Of a stretch of 64,000 nucleotides of DNA, positions 17,663-26,508 are shown piece after piece. Origin of the DNA: Nitrospirota bacterium (GTDB taxonomy: Bacteria > Nitrospirota > Thermodesulfovibrionia > Thermodesulfovibrionales > Dissulfurispiraceae); assembly GCA_963710375.1 (NCBI GenBank), contig CAVPZX010000005.1:192001-256000 (forward strand), given 5' to 3'. The stretch's first letter is position 1. Each line of letters starts with the position of its first letter. The notes below the pieces were generated by a model. The model was not told where the DNA came from. It was given only the letters and a program-made list of their open reading frames with translations, and ran no database searches. Position numbers and translations under genes: made by a program.

Positions 17663-19108
17663 ATGGAAAGAAGAGAACAACTAAAACAGGAAATATTTGA
17701 GAGAATAAGGGCATTTTATCAGCTTGTGCATGAGACATCCCACAATGCAGAGTTTGTTGCAGGCAAAAGTCGCATAAACTATGCAGGCCGGGTATTTGAT
17801 GAAGAAGAGATGATTAATCTTGTCGATAGTTCCCTTGATTTCTGGCTTACAACAGGCAAATATGCCGAAAGGTTTGAAAAAGAATTTGCAGATTTCCTTG
17901 GAGTGAAATATTGCTCTCTTGTCAATTCAGGGTCTTCAGCTAATCTCCTCGCGTTTATGGCGTTAACATCTCCGAAGCTCGGTGATAGAAGCATTCAGAG
18001 GGGCAATGAGGTCATAACAGTAGCAGCAGGTTTCCCAACCACAGTCGCTCCCATCATTCAGTATGGCGCTGTGCCGGTATTTGTTGATGTTACGCTGCCG
18101 GCATACAACATAGATTGTTCGCAGCTCGAAAATGCACTATCAGATAAAACAAAGGCTGTAATGGTCGCGCATACCCTCGGCAATCCCTTCGATATCCGGA
18201 CGGTAAAAACGTTCTGCGATAAACATAATCTCTGGCTCATCGAGGATAACTGCGACGCTCTTGGCAGTAAATACCGAAGGTGGGAAGTTGAGAAGGTGAG
18301 AAGTTGTGAACGTGAGAAGGCAGGCCCAACTTCACAACTTCACAACTTCCCACCTTCGGAGCTTTACGGCTACACCGGGACTTTCGGGCATATTGGAACG
18401 TCGAGTTTTTATCCGCCCCATCATATGACTATGGGAGAAGGCGGCGCTGTTTATACGAACGATATTCAGCTCAAAGGGATAATAGATTCTTTCCGTGACT
18501 GGGGCAGGGACTGCTGGTGTGTGTCGGGTAAAGACGATACATGCAAAAAACGCTTTAAATGGCAGCTCGGAGAACTTCCTTACGGATATGATCACAAATA
18601 TATCTATTCCCATTTCGGGTATAACTTAAAGGTTACCGACATGCAGGCGGCTATAGGCTGTGCGCAACTCGAAAAGCTGCCCTTTTTTATTGAAGCAAGA
18701 AAGAAAAACTGGAGTCTTCTGAGGGACGGGCTGCATGACCTTTCAGATAAGTTTATCCTGCCTGAGCCTACTGCGAATTCAGAGCCATCCTGGTTTGGGT
18801 TCCTGTTGACTGTGAAGGAGAGCGCGGGTTTTACGAGGGATGAGATAGTGAATTATCTTGAATCAAATAACATCCAGACACGTATGCTCTTTGCAGGAAA
18901 TATACTGAAGCATCCCTGCTTCGATGAAATGAGAAAAACCGGCCACGGTTTCCGTGTCATTAGGGACTTACCGGTAACTGACCGCATAATGCGCGACAGT
19001 TTTTGGGTTGGGGTCTATCCGGGGATGAAAGAAGAGGCGATCGAATATGTCATGCAAAAGATAAAAGAGTATGCAAGACATGAACAATCGATTCCCGGTT
19101 TAGGGTAA
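17663..19108 (+). CDS. rfbH: CDP-4-keto-6-deoxyglucose 3-dehydrase (E1) with in-frame hairpin insertion
   Basis: NSGSSANL, AAGFPTT, SFYPPHHMTMGEGG (His replacing the Schiff-base Lys), RDWGRDCWC, GYDHKY. Confidence 0.95.
   Translation: MERREQLKQEIFERIRAFYQLVHETSHNAEFVAGKSRINYAGRVFDEEEMINLVDSSLDFWLTTGKYAERFEKEFADFLGVKYCSLVNSGSSANLLAFMALTSPKLGDRSIQRGNEVITVAAGFPTTVAPIIQYGAVPVFVDVTLPAYNIDCSQLENALSDKTKAVMVAHTLGNPFDIRTVKTFCDKHNLWLIEDNCDALGSKYRRWEVEKVRSCEREKAGPTSQLHNFPPSELYGYTGTFGHIGTSSFYPPHHMTMGEGGAVYTNDIQLKGIIDSFRDWGRDCWCVSGKDDTCKKRFKWQLGELPYGYDHKYIYSHFGYNLKVTDMQAAIGCAQLEKLPFFIEARKKNWSLLRDGLHDLSDKFILPEPTANSEPSWFGFLLTVKESAGFTRDEIVNYLESNNIQTRMLFAGNILKHPCFDEMRKTGHGFRVIRDLPVTDRIMRDSFWVGVYPGMKEEAIEYVMQKIKEYARHEQSIPGLG
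18274..18359 (+). repeat. In-frame 8-nt-unit hairpin inside rfbH
   Basis: 33-nt arms (18274-18306 and 18327-18359), 30/33 complementary, outer 17 bp perfect. Confidence 0.93.
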
Positions 19109-21199
19109 TATTTCATTCAGCAATTGCCGGGTTTTTTGGTCATCCGGCTTTATCTTTAACCTTGTCATCAATTGAATGCGCGCATTTTCTATAATATCCG
19201 GTCTCAGGCGCAGGGCAGTTTCGAATTCATTTTTGGCCTTGTCAAGTCTGTCGCTGTCGTAATAAACAAGGCCAAGATTAAAATGTGCTTCTGCGTAATC
19301 GGGCGCAAGTTTAATGGCAATCAGATACTGCTCAATAGATTTGTCAGGCATGTTGATGGCATGATAGGCAATGCCGAGATTATTATGTGCCTCAGCATAA
19401 TCAGGCTTGAGTTTAATGGCAATGATATATTGCTCAATAGCATTGTCAAGCATGTTGCGACTTTTATAAAAATTACCAAGTCTGGCATGTGCATTTGCGT
19501 AACGGGGGAATCTTTTAACTGTATCTTCCCACATTTTTTTGCTGTCTCCATATAGATTGTTCTGCAAATGAGCTGCGACTGACAGAATGCTTATAATAAG
19601 GGCGAGCGTCACTAGTATCACATTGCCGGCTTTCTGTGAACGAATTTTTTCTTTCAGCAGAAATACCCCCGTAACTGTGCAAATGATTACCCCGACCGAG
19701 GGCAGATACATTCGATACGTTTCAATAAGCCTCGGCGTAGGTATAATGCTCGATTCAACTGAAAGGGTGATAAAGAACCACAATATACCGAAACCCATCA
19801 AACGAAAAGCAGGACTAAGGGCAGAGGACTGAGAGGCGAGGACTGAGGACTGAGGACTGAGAGACGAGGACTGAGAGGCGAGGACTGAGGACTGAGGACT
19901 GAGAGACGAGGACTGAGAGGCGAGGACTGAGTTTTCGTCTTCGCGCTTTGCCCTCAGTCCTTTGCCCTTAGTCCTCAGTCCTGGACCCTCTTCCTTTGGC
20001 CCTTTCCACTCAGTCCTCAGTCCTTCGCCCTCAGTCCTCAGTCCTCGCCTCTCTTTTTTCTGCACTAAATAAATCCCCAGTCCAAATAGCGCTGAGAGAA
20101 ACACAAATGAAACGGATACCTGCGGTTGAAAAAAAGACTTAAACACAGGGTACTCATAATTGAGTTCCAGGTTTGCCGGGAAAAACAGCATTCGCAGGTA
20201 AGTGACAATGACCCTGAACTGGGTGAAAAAATACTCTCCCCGCGAGTAGTCCCAGGTGAATCCGGCCATATATGAGCCCGGGTCAATAAGGCTGGGATTA
20301 ATCAGTTGTGTGCCGCGTACTTCGGTCACTGTCGGCATGCTCATAATAGTCAGAGGTATGATGCAAAGTGAAAGCAATAATGGAGCAAGAACGAGCATCC
20401 TCTTCTTAATGCCGCCATTAAAAAAACAAAACTCGTACAACGTTATCACAAAGGGCAGAGTAAACGCATTCTCCTTTGTTTTCATTGCCAGGACCGCTGA
20501 AAGAAGGGATATGGCGTACATAGTCCGGCGCCGGGCTTTATGATGGTCAGGAGCCTCCAATCTGAACTTAATATATGCTGTGAGGGAAAGGAGATAGAAA
20601 AAAGCGGCGAGAGAGGCATAACGTTGCATGACATACGTAACCGCCGCTGTCTGCAGCGGGTGGACGGCAAACAGAGCGGCGGAGAAGAAGGCAATCACTG
20701 CCGGATTGCCTGAACTTGAGAAATTGAGAACTTGTGAAGGTGTGCCCTTTGCCCTATGCCCTATGCCTTTCATGTAAGGTGTTCTGAATGTCAATAGAAC
20801 AAGCAAATAAACCAGGATTGTATTGGCGATATGAATGGCAATATTGACAATATGGTAGCCGGTCACCGATAAACCGTTTATACGGTAGTTGAGCGCAAAG
20901 GTGAGATGCGAGATGTAGCGGGATATGAAAAAACGGTAATTCTCAAACCCTTGAGCTGTTGAGGGGTGAAGGAAATAATTAAGGTCCTTGATAATAGGCT
21001 CGTTAACAATATGCATCTCTTCATCCCACTGAAATGGGACATTCAAGGCATTGGAGTAAATGATCAGAATAAGCAGAGACAGACAAGCGATATGCACAAA
21101 GGAGTTATATGTCAATGACAGCGGACTGAACGATGCATGTGCAGGGGGAAGGTCATTGTGACGGATCAGCTTATTTGTTTTCTTACCCTTGTTTTTCAT
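19100..21199 (-). CDS. TMTC-like membrane glycosyltransferase (GT-C) with C-terminal TPRs, paralog 1
   Basis: YSNAL..PFQWDE, YHIVNIAIH, AVHPLQTAAVTY, KTKEN, YRMYLPS, TPR repeats (YAEAHNNLG). Confidence 0.8.
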   Translation of the reverse strand: MKNKGKKTNKLIRHNDLPPAHASFSPLSLTYNSFVHIACLSLLILIIYSNALNVPFQWDEEMHIVNEPIIKDLNYFLHPSTAQGFENYRFFISRYISHLTFALNYRINGLSVTGYHIVNIAIHIANTILVYLLVLLTFRTPYMKGIGHRAKGTPSQVLNFSSSGNPAVIAFFSAALFAVHPLQTAAVTYVMQRYASLAAFFYLLSLTAYIKFRLEAPDHHKARRRTMYAISLLSAVLAMKTKENAFTLPFVITLYEFCFFNGGIKKRMLVLAPLLLSLCIIPLTIMSMPTVTEVRGTQLINPSLIDPGSYMAGFTWDYSRGEYFFTQFRVIVTYLRMLFFPANLELNYEYPVFKSFFQPQVSVSFVFLSALFGLGIYLVQKKERRGLRTEGEGLRTEWKGPKEEGPGLRTKGKGLRAKREDENSVLASQSSSLSPQSSVLASQSSSLSPQSSVLASQSSALSPAFRLMGFGILWFFITLSVESSIIPTPRLIETYRMYLPSVGVIICTVTGVFLLKEKIRSQKAGNVILVTLALIISILSVAAHLQNNLYGDSKKMWEDTVKRFPRYANAHARLGNFYKSRNMLDNAIEQYIIAIKLKPDYAEAHNNLGIAYHAINMPDKSIEQYLIAIKLAPDYAEAHFNLGLVYYDSDRLDKAKNEFETALRLRPDIIENARIQLMTRLKIKPDDQKTRQLLNEILP
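19811..20050 (-). repeat. In-frame 7-nt (GGACTGA/TCAGTCC) inverted repeat array in paralog 1
   Basis: Encodes RRGLRTEGEGLRTEWKGPKEEG...SVLASQSSSLSPQSS; purine-rich arm followed by its complement. Confidence 0.92.
20712..20770 (-). repeat. Mixed 7-nt (AGGGCAT/A) and 8-nt (TTCTCAA) in-frame insertion in paralog 1
   Basis: Minus strand reads aaggcatagggcatagggcaaagggcacaccttcacaagttctcaatttctcaagttc. Confidence 0.8.
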
Positions 21200-21217
21200 A
21201 AAAGATCCCTGACCGTT

Positions 21218-23867
21218 TCAGCGTGAGATTGCATTCAATAACTGACGGGCTATCTGGTCATCAGGCTTTATCTTTAATCTCGCTATCAACTCTCTGCGCG
21301 CATTTTCCAGTTGTCCCATATTATAGTAGAGGACTCCGAGATTAAAATGAGCTGTTTCATTATCCGGTTGGAGGCGTATGACAGTTTGTAATTCATTCAC
21401 GGCCTTGTCAGGCATGTTGAGGGACTGATAAAGAATAGCGAGATTATTGTGCGCTTCCACATAGTTGGGCTTCTCCTGTATTGCGGCCAGATAGTGTTCA
21501 GTTGCCTTGCCAGACATGCCCTGATCTTTATAGACATTGGCTAGATTATAATGCGCCTCAGGGTAATCAGGCTTCAGATTAATGGCAGTCTGAAACTCTT
21601 TTATAGCCTTGTCAGGCATGTTGAGGGCCTGATAAACAGCTCCCAGATTATTATACGCTTCTATAAAATCGGGTTTTAGATTAATGGCAGTCAGAAACTC
21701 TTTTATAGCCTTGTCAGGCATTTTGAGGGCCTGATCATAGAGGACGCCAAGATTGTAATGCGCCTTCCAGTGCCCAGGGGCAAGACTTATTGCAGTCAGA
21801 TATTCCTTTAAAGCAGCATCGGGCATACCGAGGTCTTGATAGCTGTTGCCGAGACCGAGATGCGCTTCAGTGGAATCAGGATTAATTTTCAAGGCAAGCT
21901 GAAACTGTTCCGCAGCCTTGTCCGACATGCGATGGTGTCGGTAGGCCAACCCAAGATTATAATGCACTCTTTCTTTTGCAGGGAATTTTAACGCGTCTTC
22001 TTTCCATAACTTGACTTCGTCTCTCCACATATCATTGCGCATATATGTAGCAACTGACAGTACGCCTGCAGCAAGTGCAAGAATGGTTACTATCACCCTA
22101 CCGGCTTTTGGGGAACGCAGATTTTCTTTCAGCAGAAATGCACCGGTAACAACGCAAACAAATATCCCCATTGAAGGCAGATACACGCGGTGTTCAAAAA
22201 TCACATCGGCGATGGGTATGATGCTCGACTCCACTGAGAGAGTGATGAAAAACCACAATATCCCGAAACCCATCAACTTAAAGGCAGGACTGAGGGCAGA
22301 GGACTGAGAGGCGAGGACTGAGGACTGAGGACTGAGTGCCAAGGACTGAGAGACGAGGGCAGAGGACTGAGGACTGAGAGACAAGGACTGAGAGGCGAGG
22401 ACTGAGGACTGAGTGTCAAGGACTGAGGACTGAGCAGAGAGGACTGAGTTTTGGTCTTCGATCTTTGCACTCAATCCTCTGCCCTCAGTCCTCAGTCCTG
22501 GATCCTCTTTCCTTTGGCCCTTTCCACTCAGTCCTCAGTCCTCTGTCCTCAGTCCTTGTTTTTTTCTCGCTCCACAGCACTAAATAAATGCCCAGCCCGA
22601 AAAGCGCGGCAAGAAACATAAACGAAAAGATCACCTGGGGGTAAAAGAAAGATCTATAAATAGGATAGTCATAGTCGACATTCTGTCCTGCGGGGAAAAA
22701 CAGCAGCCGCATATATCTCACAATTACTGAGAACTCCGTCATCAGGTATTGCCATGGCGTCGTCCTTGTCTGCACTGTTATCTTGCTCGCATCCGACAAT
22801 ACTTTCCCCAACGGCTGGCTCACATTCAGCAAGCTCAAAGGAATGATGACCACTGTTGCCAGCAGCGGCAAGGCCCATAGAGCCCTCCTGAGCAGATTGC
22901 CTCTGCCGAAGAACACCAGTTCGTACAACACAACAATAAACGGCAGTGTAAAGGCTATCTCCTTTGTCATCATCGCAAGCACAGCCGAAACAATAGAAAT
23001 CCCATAATAAAAATATGGCATGTATTTTCGTTTTTCCCGGCTACCGGCCACCGGCCCCTGGCCACTGTCTTTTGCTTCTTGCCCTCCGCCCTCAGTCCTC
23101 AGTCCTTGGTCCTCTGCCCTCAGTCCTCGCCTCTCAGTCCTCAGTCCTTGGTCCTCTGCCCTCAGTCCTCTGCTCTCAGTCCTCAGTCCTTGGTCCTCCG
23201 CCCTCAGTCCTCGCCTCTCAGTCCTCAGTCCTTGGTCCTCTGCCCTCAGTCCTCGCCTCTCAGTCCTCAGTCCTCTGCCCTCAGTCCTTGTTTTATTACC
23301 CTCAGTCCTTGACTTTATATATGTCACTAATGAAAGGAGATAAAAAAATGAAGCGAGGGACGCAAGCCTCTGCACTATATAAGTGACCGCCTGAGTTTGG
23401 ATAGGATGCACCGCAAACAAGACAGCAGAGAAGAAGGCGATCAGCCCGGAATCGCTGAGTACTAAAGACTGAGGACTTAGGACTGAGGGCATAGGACTGA
23501 GGACTGAGGACTGAGGACTCATGGCCGGTGTTCTGAATGTAAATAGCACAAATAAATAAACCAGCATGGAGTTAGCAATATGAATTGCAAGATTGACTAT
23601 ATGGTAGCCGGTCACATTTGAACCACCCAAGCTGTAGTTCAGGGAAAATGTCAGATACCCGATGAATCGTCTAGAAAAATGTTCATACCCTGTGGAACTG
23701 AACAGAAAATTTCCGATATGACGCACTATACTGTTATCAATTATGTTGAATTCATCGTCAAATACAAACGGCGCATGAAAAGTATTAGAATAACAAATCA
23801 GGCATAATAGAGCTATAATGCCGGCATGTAAGAGCTGGGAATTATGATTTTGATTTGGAAATTTCAT
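21218..23867 (-). CDS. TMTC-like GT-C + TPR protein, paralog 2; split by a +1 frameshift near 22508-22510
   Basis: ORFs 22485-23867 (FVFDD, AVHPIQT) and 21218-22474 (EHRVYLPS, TPRs) join if one T is removed from ctctttcc; both paralogs read ctcttcc here. Confidence 0.8.
22286..22556 (-). repeat. 7-nt inverted repeat array in paralog 2 (site C)
   Basis: ggactga units 22286-22447 followed by tcagtcc units to about 22556. Confidence 0.92.
23090..23309 (-). repeat. 7-nt array with 42-nt higher-order repeat in paralog 2 (site B)
   Basis: GLRTE(R/S)RGLRAEDQ occurs four times in tandem. Confidence 0.93.
23455..23519 (-). repeat. 7-nt array in paralog 2 (site A)
   Basis: Encodes SPQSSVLSPMPSVLSPQSLVLS. 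Confidence 0.88.
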
Positions 23868-26091
23868 TCAGCAACTGTCGGACATTTTGGTCGTTAGGTT
23901 TTATCCTTAATATCGTTGTCAATTCCCTGCGTGCCTTTTCTTTCTGTCCCCTCTCATAATAGAGTTCTCCAAGATTGGAATGCGCCTCTATATAATCGGG
24001 CTTCAGTTTAATGGCAATCAGATAATATTCTATGGCCTTGTCGGGCATTTTCTGGTCTTCATAGATTACGCCAAGATTATTATACGCCTCTGCGCAGTCA
24101 GGCTTTAGTTTAACAGCAATCAGATACTCTTTTAAAGCCCTTCCACGCATGCTGCGGGACTGATAAAACACGCCACCCAGATCAAGATGGGCCTCCACAT
24201 AATCAGGCCTCAGTTCTACGGCAGTCATAAACTCTTTTATAGCTTTCTCGGGCATTTTACGATCTTTATATATATTGCCAAGGTTATAATGTGCCTCAGG
24301 TAAGTCCGGATTAAGCTTGGAAGCAATCATAAACTGCTCAATCGCCTTGTCAGGCATATTACGGTCTCGGTAGATAACCCCGAGGTTATTGTATTCCTCT
24401 GCAGAATCAGGTTTCAGCCCAATGGCAATCCGGTACTGCTCTATGGCTTCATCGAACTTTTTTTGAGACTGATAGAGGCGACCAAGATTATAATGCGCCC
24501 TTTCCTTGGCAGGTGATTTTGCCACGACGTCTTTCCACAGTCTTATACTGTCTCCCCACACTTCGTTCCGCAGATACGTAGCGACCGACAAAACTCCTAT
24601 AGCAAGGGCCAGCATCAAGATTATTACCCTGCCGTACCTGGGCGAACGCACCTTTTCTATTAACAAAAAGGCCCCTGTAACTGTACAAATAATCATTCCT
24701 ATTGAAGGCAGATAAGCACGGTGCTCGTAAATTACATCAGTGATAGGTATTATGCTTGACTCGACCGAAAGAGTGATAAAAAACCACAATATACCAAAAC
24801 CCATCAAACGAAAAGCAGGACTGAGAGGCGAGGACTGAGAGGCGAGGACTGAGGACTGAGCAGTTAGGACTGAGTTTTGGTCTTCGCGCTTTGCACTCAG
24901 TCCTTTGACCTCAGTCCTCAGTCCTGGACCCTCTTCCTTTGGCCCTTTCCACTCAGTCCTCAGTCCTCTGTCCTCAGTCCTTGCTTTATTACCCTCAGTC
25001 CTCAGTCCTTGGTCCTTCGTCTTCAGCACTAAATAAATGCCCAGCCCGAAAAGCGTCACCAGAAACAGAAGCGACAGCATCACCTGGGGATAGAAGAAAG
25101 ATCTATACACCGGATAGTCATAATCGAGGTTCTGCCCTGCAGGGAAAAACAGCAGCCGCACATACGTCACGATCACAGTGAACTCTGTTATCAGATACTG
25201 CCACCGCGTCATGCTTGTTCCCGCCGCAGTCACCTGATTCACATCCGACAACACCTTCCCCAACTGTTGGCCCACATTCAGCATGCTCAGTGGAATGATG
25301 ACCACTGTTGCCAGCAGCGGTAAGGCCCATAGCGTCCTCTTAATCAGATTGCCTCTGCCGAAAAACACCAACTCGTAAATCACAATGATAAACGGCAGCG
25401 TAAAGGCTATCTCCTTTGTCTTCATCGCCAGCACCGCAGAGATAATAGAGATGCTGTAGAAGAAGAGATACCGGAAGTTGCCCTTTGCCCCGCCTGAGGC
25501 GGGCCCTCTGCCCTCTGCTATTAGCCTGAACCGAACATAAAAGTACAACGAGGCAACATAAAACAAAGCTGCCAAAGACGCAAGCCGCTGCACTATGTAT
25601 GTCACTGCCTCGGTTTGGATAGGATGCACCACAAATAACGCGGCAGAAAAAAAGGCAATCAGATTAGAATTTCTGAGGACCGAGGACTGAGGACTGAGAG
25701 GCAAGGACTGAGGACTGAGAGACGAGGACTGAGGGTTCATTAACGGAGTCCTGAATGTAAGCACCACCAATCCATAAACCAGAAGCGCACAGGCCAGATG
25801 TATGGCAAGATTTACTACATGGTAGCCGGTCACATCAAGGCCGCCCAAGCGGTAGTTCAGGGCGAATGTCAGAAACCCTATAAAACGGCGGGGATTATTT
25901 TCATATCCTTTGGAGCTGAAGATAAAATTGCCGATATCATGGACTACCCTGTTATCCCTTATAGAGTATTCGTCGTCAAATATAAACGGCACATGGAAAC
26001 TGTTGGAATAGACGATTATTCCTGCCAAAATTATCAGGAAGGGATAAAAAAAATGATGGGCCGTTGCTGAATTCTTTGCCTTCCGAAACAT
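23842..26091 (-). CDS. TMTC-like GT-C + TPR protein, paralog 3
   Basis: YSNSF..PFIFDD, YHVVNLAIH, VHPIQTEAVTYIVQR, MKTKE, EHRAYLPS, multiple TPRs. Confidence 0.82.
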   Translation of the reverse strand: MFRKAKNSATAHHFFYPFLIILAGIIVYSNSFHVPFIFDDEYSIRDNRVVHDIGNFIFSSKGYENNPRRFIGFLTFALNYRLGGLDVTGYHVVNLAIHLACALLVYGLVVLTFRTPLMNPQSSSLSPQSLPLSPQSSVLRNSNLIAFFSAALFVVHPIQTEAVTYIVQRLASLAALFYVASLYFYVRFRLIAEGRGPASGGAKGNFRYLFFYSISIISAVLAMKTKEIAFTLPFIIVIYELVFFGRGNLIKRTLWALPLLATVVIIPLSMLNVGQQLGKVLSDVNQVTAAGTSMTRWQYLITEFTVIVTYVRLLFFPAGQNLDYDYPVYRSFFYPQVMLSLLFLVTLFGLGIYLVLKTKDQGLRTEGNKARTEDRGLRTEWKGPKEEGPGLRTEVKGLSAKREDQNSVLTAQSSVLASQSSPLSPAFRLMGFGILWFFITLSVESSIIPITDVIYEHRAYLPSIGMIICTVTGAFLLIEKVRSPRYGRVIILMLALAIGVLSVATYLRNEVWGDSIRLWKDVVAKSPAKERAHYNLGRLYQSQKKFDEAIEQYRIAIGLKPDSAEEYNNLGVIYRDRNMPDKAIEQFMIASKLNPDLPEAHYNLGNIYKDRKMPEKAIKEFMTAVELRPDYVEAHLDLGGVFYQSRSMRGRALKEYLIAVKLKPDCAEAYNNLGVIYEDQKMPDKAIEYYLIAIKLKPDYIEAHSNLGELYYERGQKEKARRELTTILRIKPNDQNVRQLLNEISKSKS
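24818..25016 (-). repeat. 7-nt inverted repeat array in paralog 3 (site C)
   Basis: Encodes DQGLRTEGNKARTEDRGLRTEWKGPKEEG...SVLTAQSSVLASQSS. Confidence 0.92.
25673..25734 (-). repeat. 7-nt array in paralog 3 (site A)
   Basis: Encodes PQSSSLSPQSLPLSPQSSVLR. Confidence 0.88.
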
Positions 26092-26103
26092 ATCCCCTGA
26101 CAG

Positions 26104-26493
26104 CTATCTTCCTGTTTTGGAGGGCGTTGTCCTGTCCTCTGTCCCTATCTTTTTTTCCAGGGTCTTAAGTTTTGTTTGCAGCAAACCCAACTCCTGGGCA
26201 AGACGGTTGTTTTTTACGTCCAGCAGGGATATTATTGTCGAGAAATGCAGGAGCAGCACCAGCAGAAATACAATTGCAAGGAGGAACAGGAACGACGGCG
26301 GGTAATAGATGCCTATCATATTTGATATCAGACTAAGCAGGTTCCTCGATACAGAAAAGCTTATTAAAACTATCGAAGCGGCAAGCCATATGAGGCTGTA
26401 GCGCTCCTTAAGGTGGCTGCGCCTTATGAGTTCTATGACTGCGAAAAATATTGAGACACTGACAGTAATAGCAACAACCTGGACGATATCCAT
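26104..26493 (-). CDS. DUF2304-like small membrane protein
   Basis: LKERYSLIW, GIYYPPSFLF and LAQELGLL pattern; typical neighbour of GT2 genes. Confidence 0.8.
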   Translation of the reverse strand: MDIVQVVAITVSVSIFFAVIELIRRSHLKERYSLIWLAASIVLISFSVSRNLLSLISNMIGIYYPPSFLFLLAIVFLLVLLLHFSTIISLLDVKNNRLAQELGLLQTKLKTLEKKIGTEDRTTPSKTGR

Positions 26494-26508
26494 AACACCT
26501 TTCTTATA

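Noticed and set aside
16991..18359. In-frame inserts as inteins or group I/II introns
   Set aside because: They are far too short, lack intein Cys/Ser...His-Asn ends and intron core motifs, and stop-codon avoidance suggests they are translated.
19100..19108. 9-nt convergent overlap of rfbH and TMTC-like paralog 1
   Set aside because: Short tail-to-tail overlaps are common and nothing else marks this one.
21400..21760. Near-identical repeats of about 102 nt in paralog 2
   Set aside because: Ordinary 34-aa TPR units, fully explained by the protein repeat.
23015..23386. Plus-strand ORFs (PQSSVL/VLSP repeats) over the TMTC-like genes
   Set aside because: Shadow frames: (TCAGTCC)n has no stop codon in any frame.
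19811..25016. Repeat arrays as a CRISPR array
   Set aside because: Units are 7 nt and contiguous, with no constant 23-50 nt repeat separated by unique spacers; no cas genes are present.
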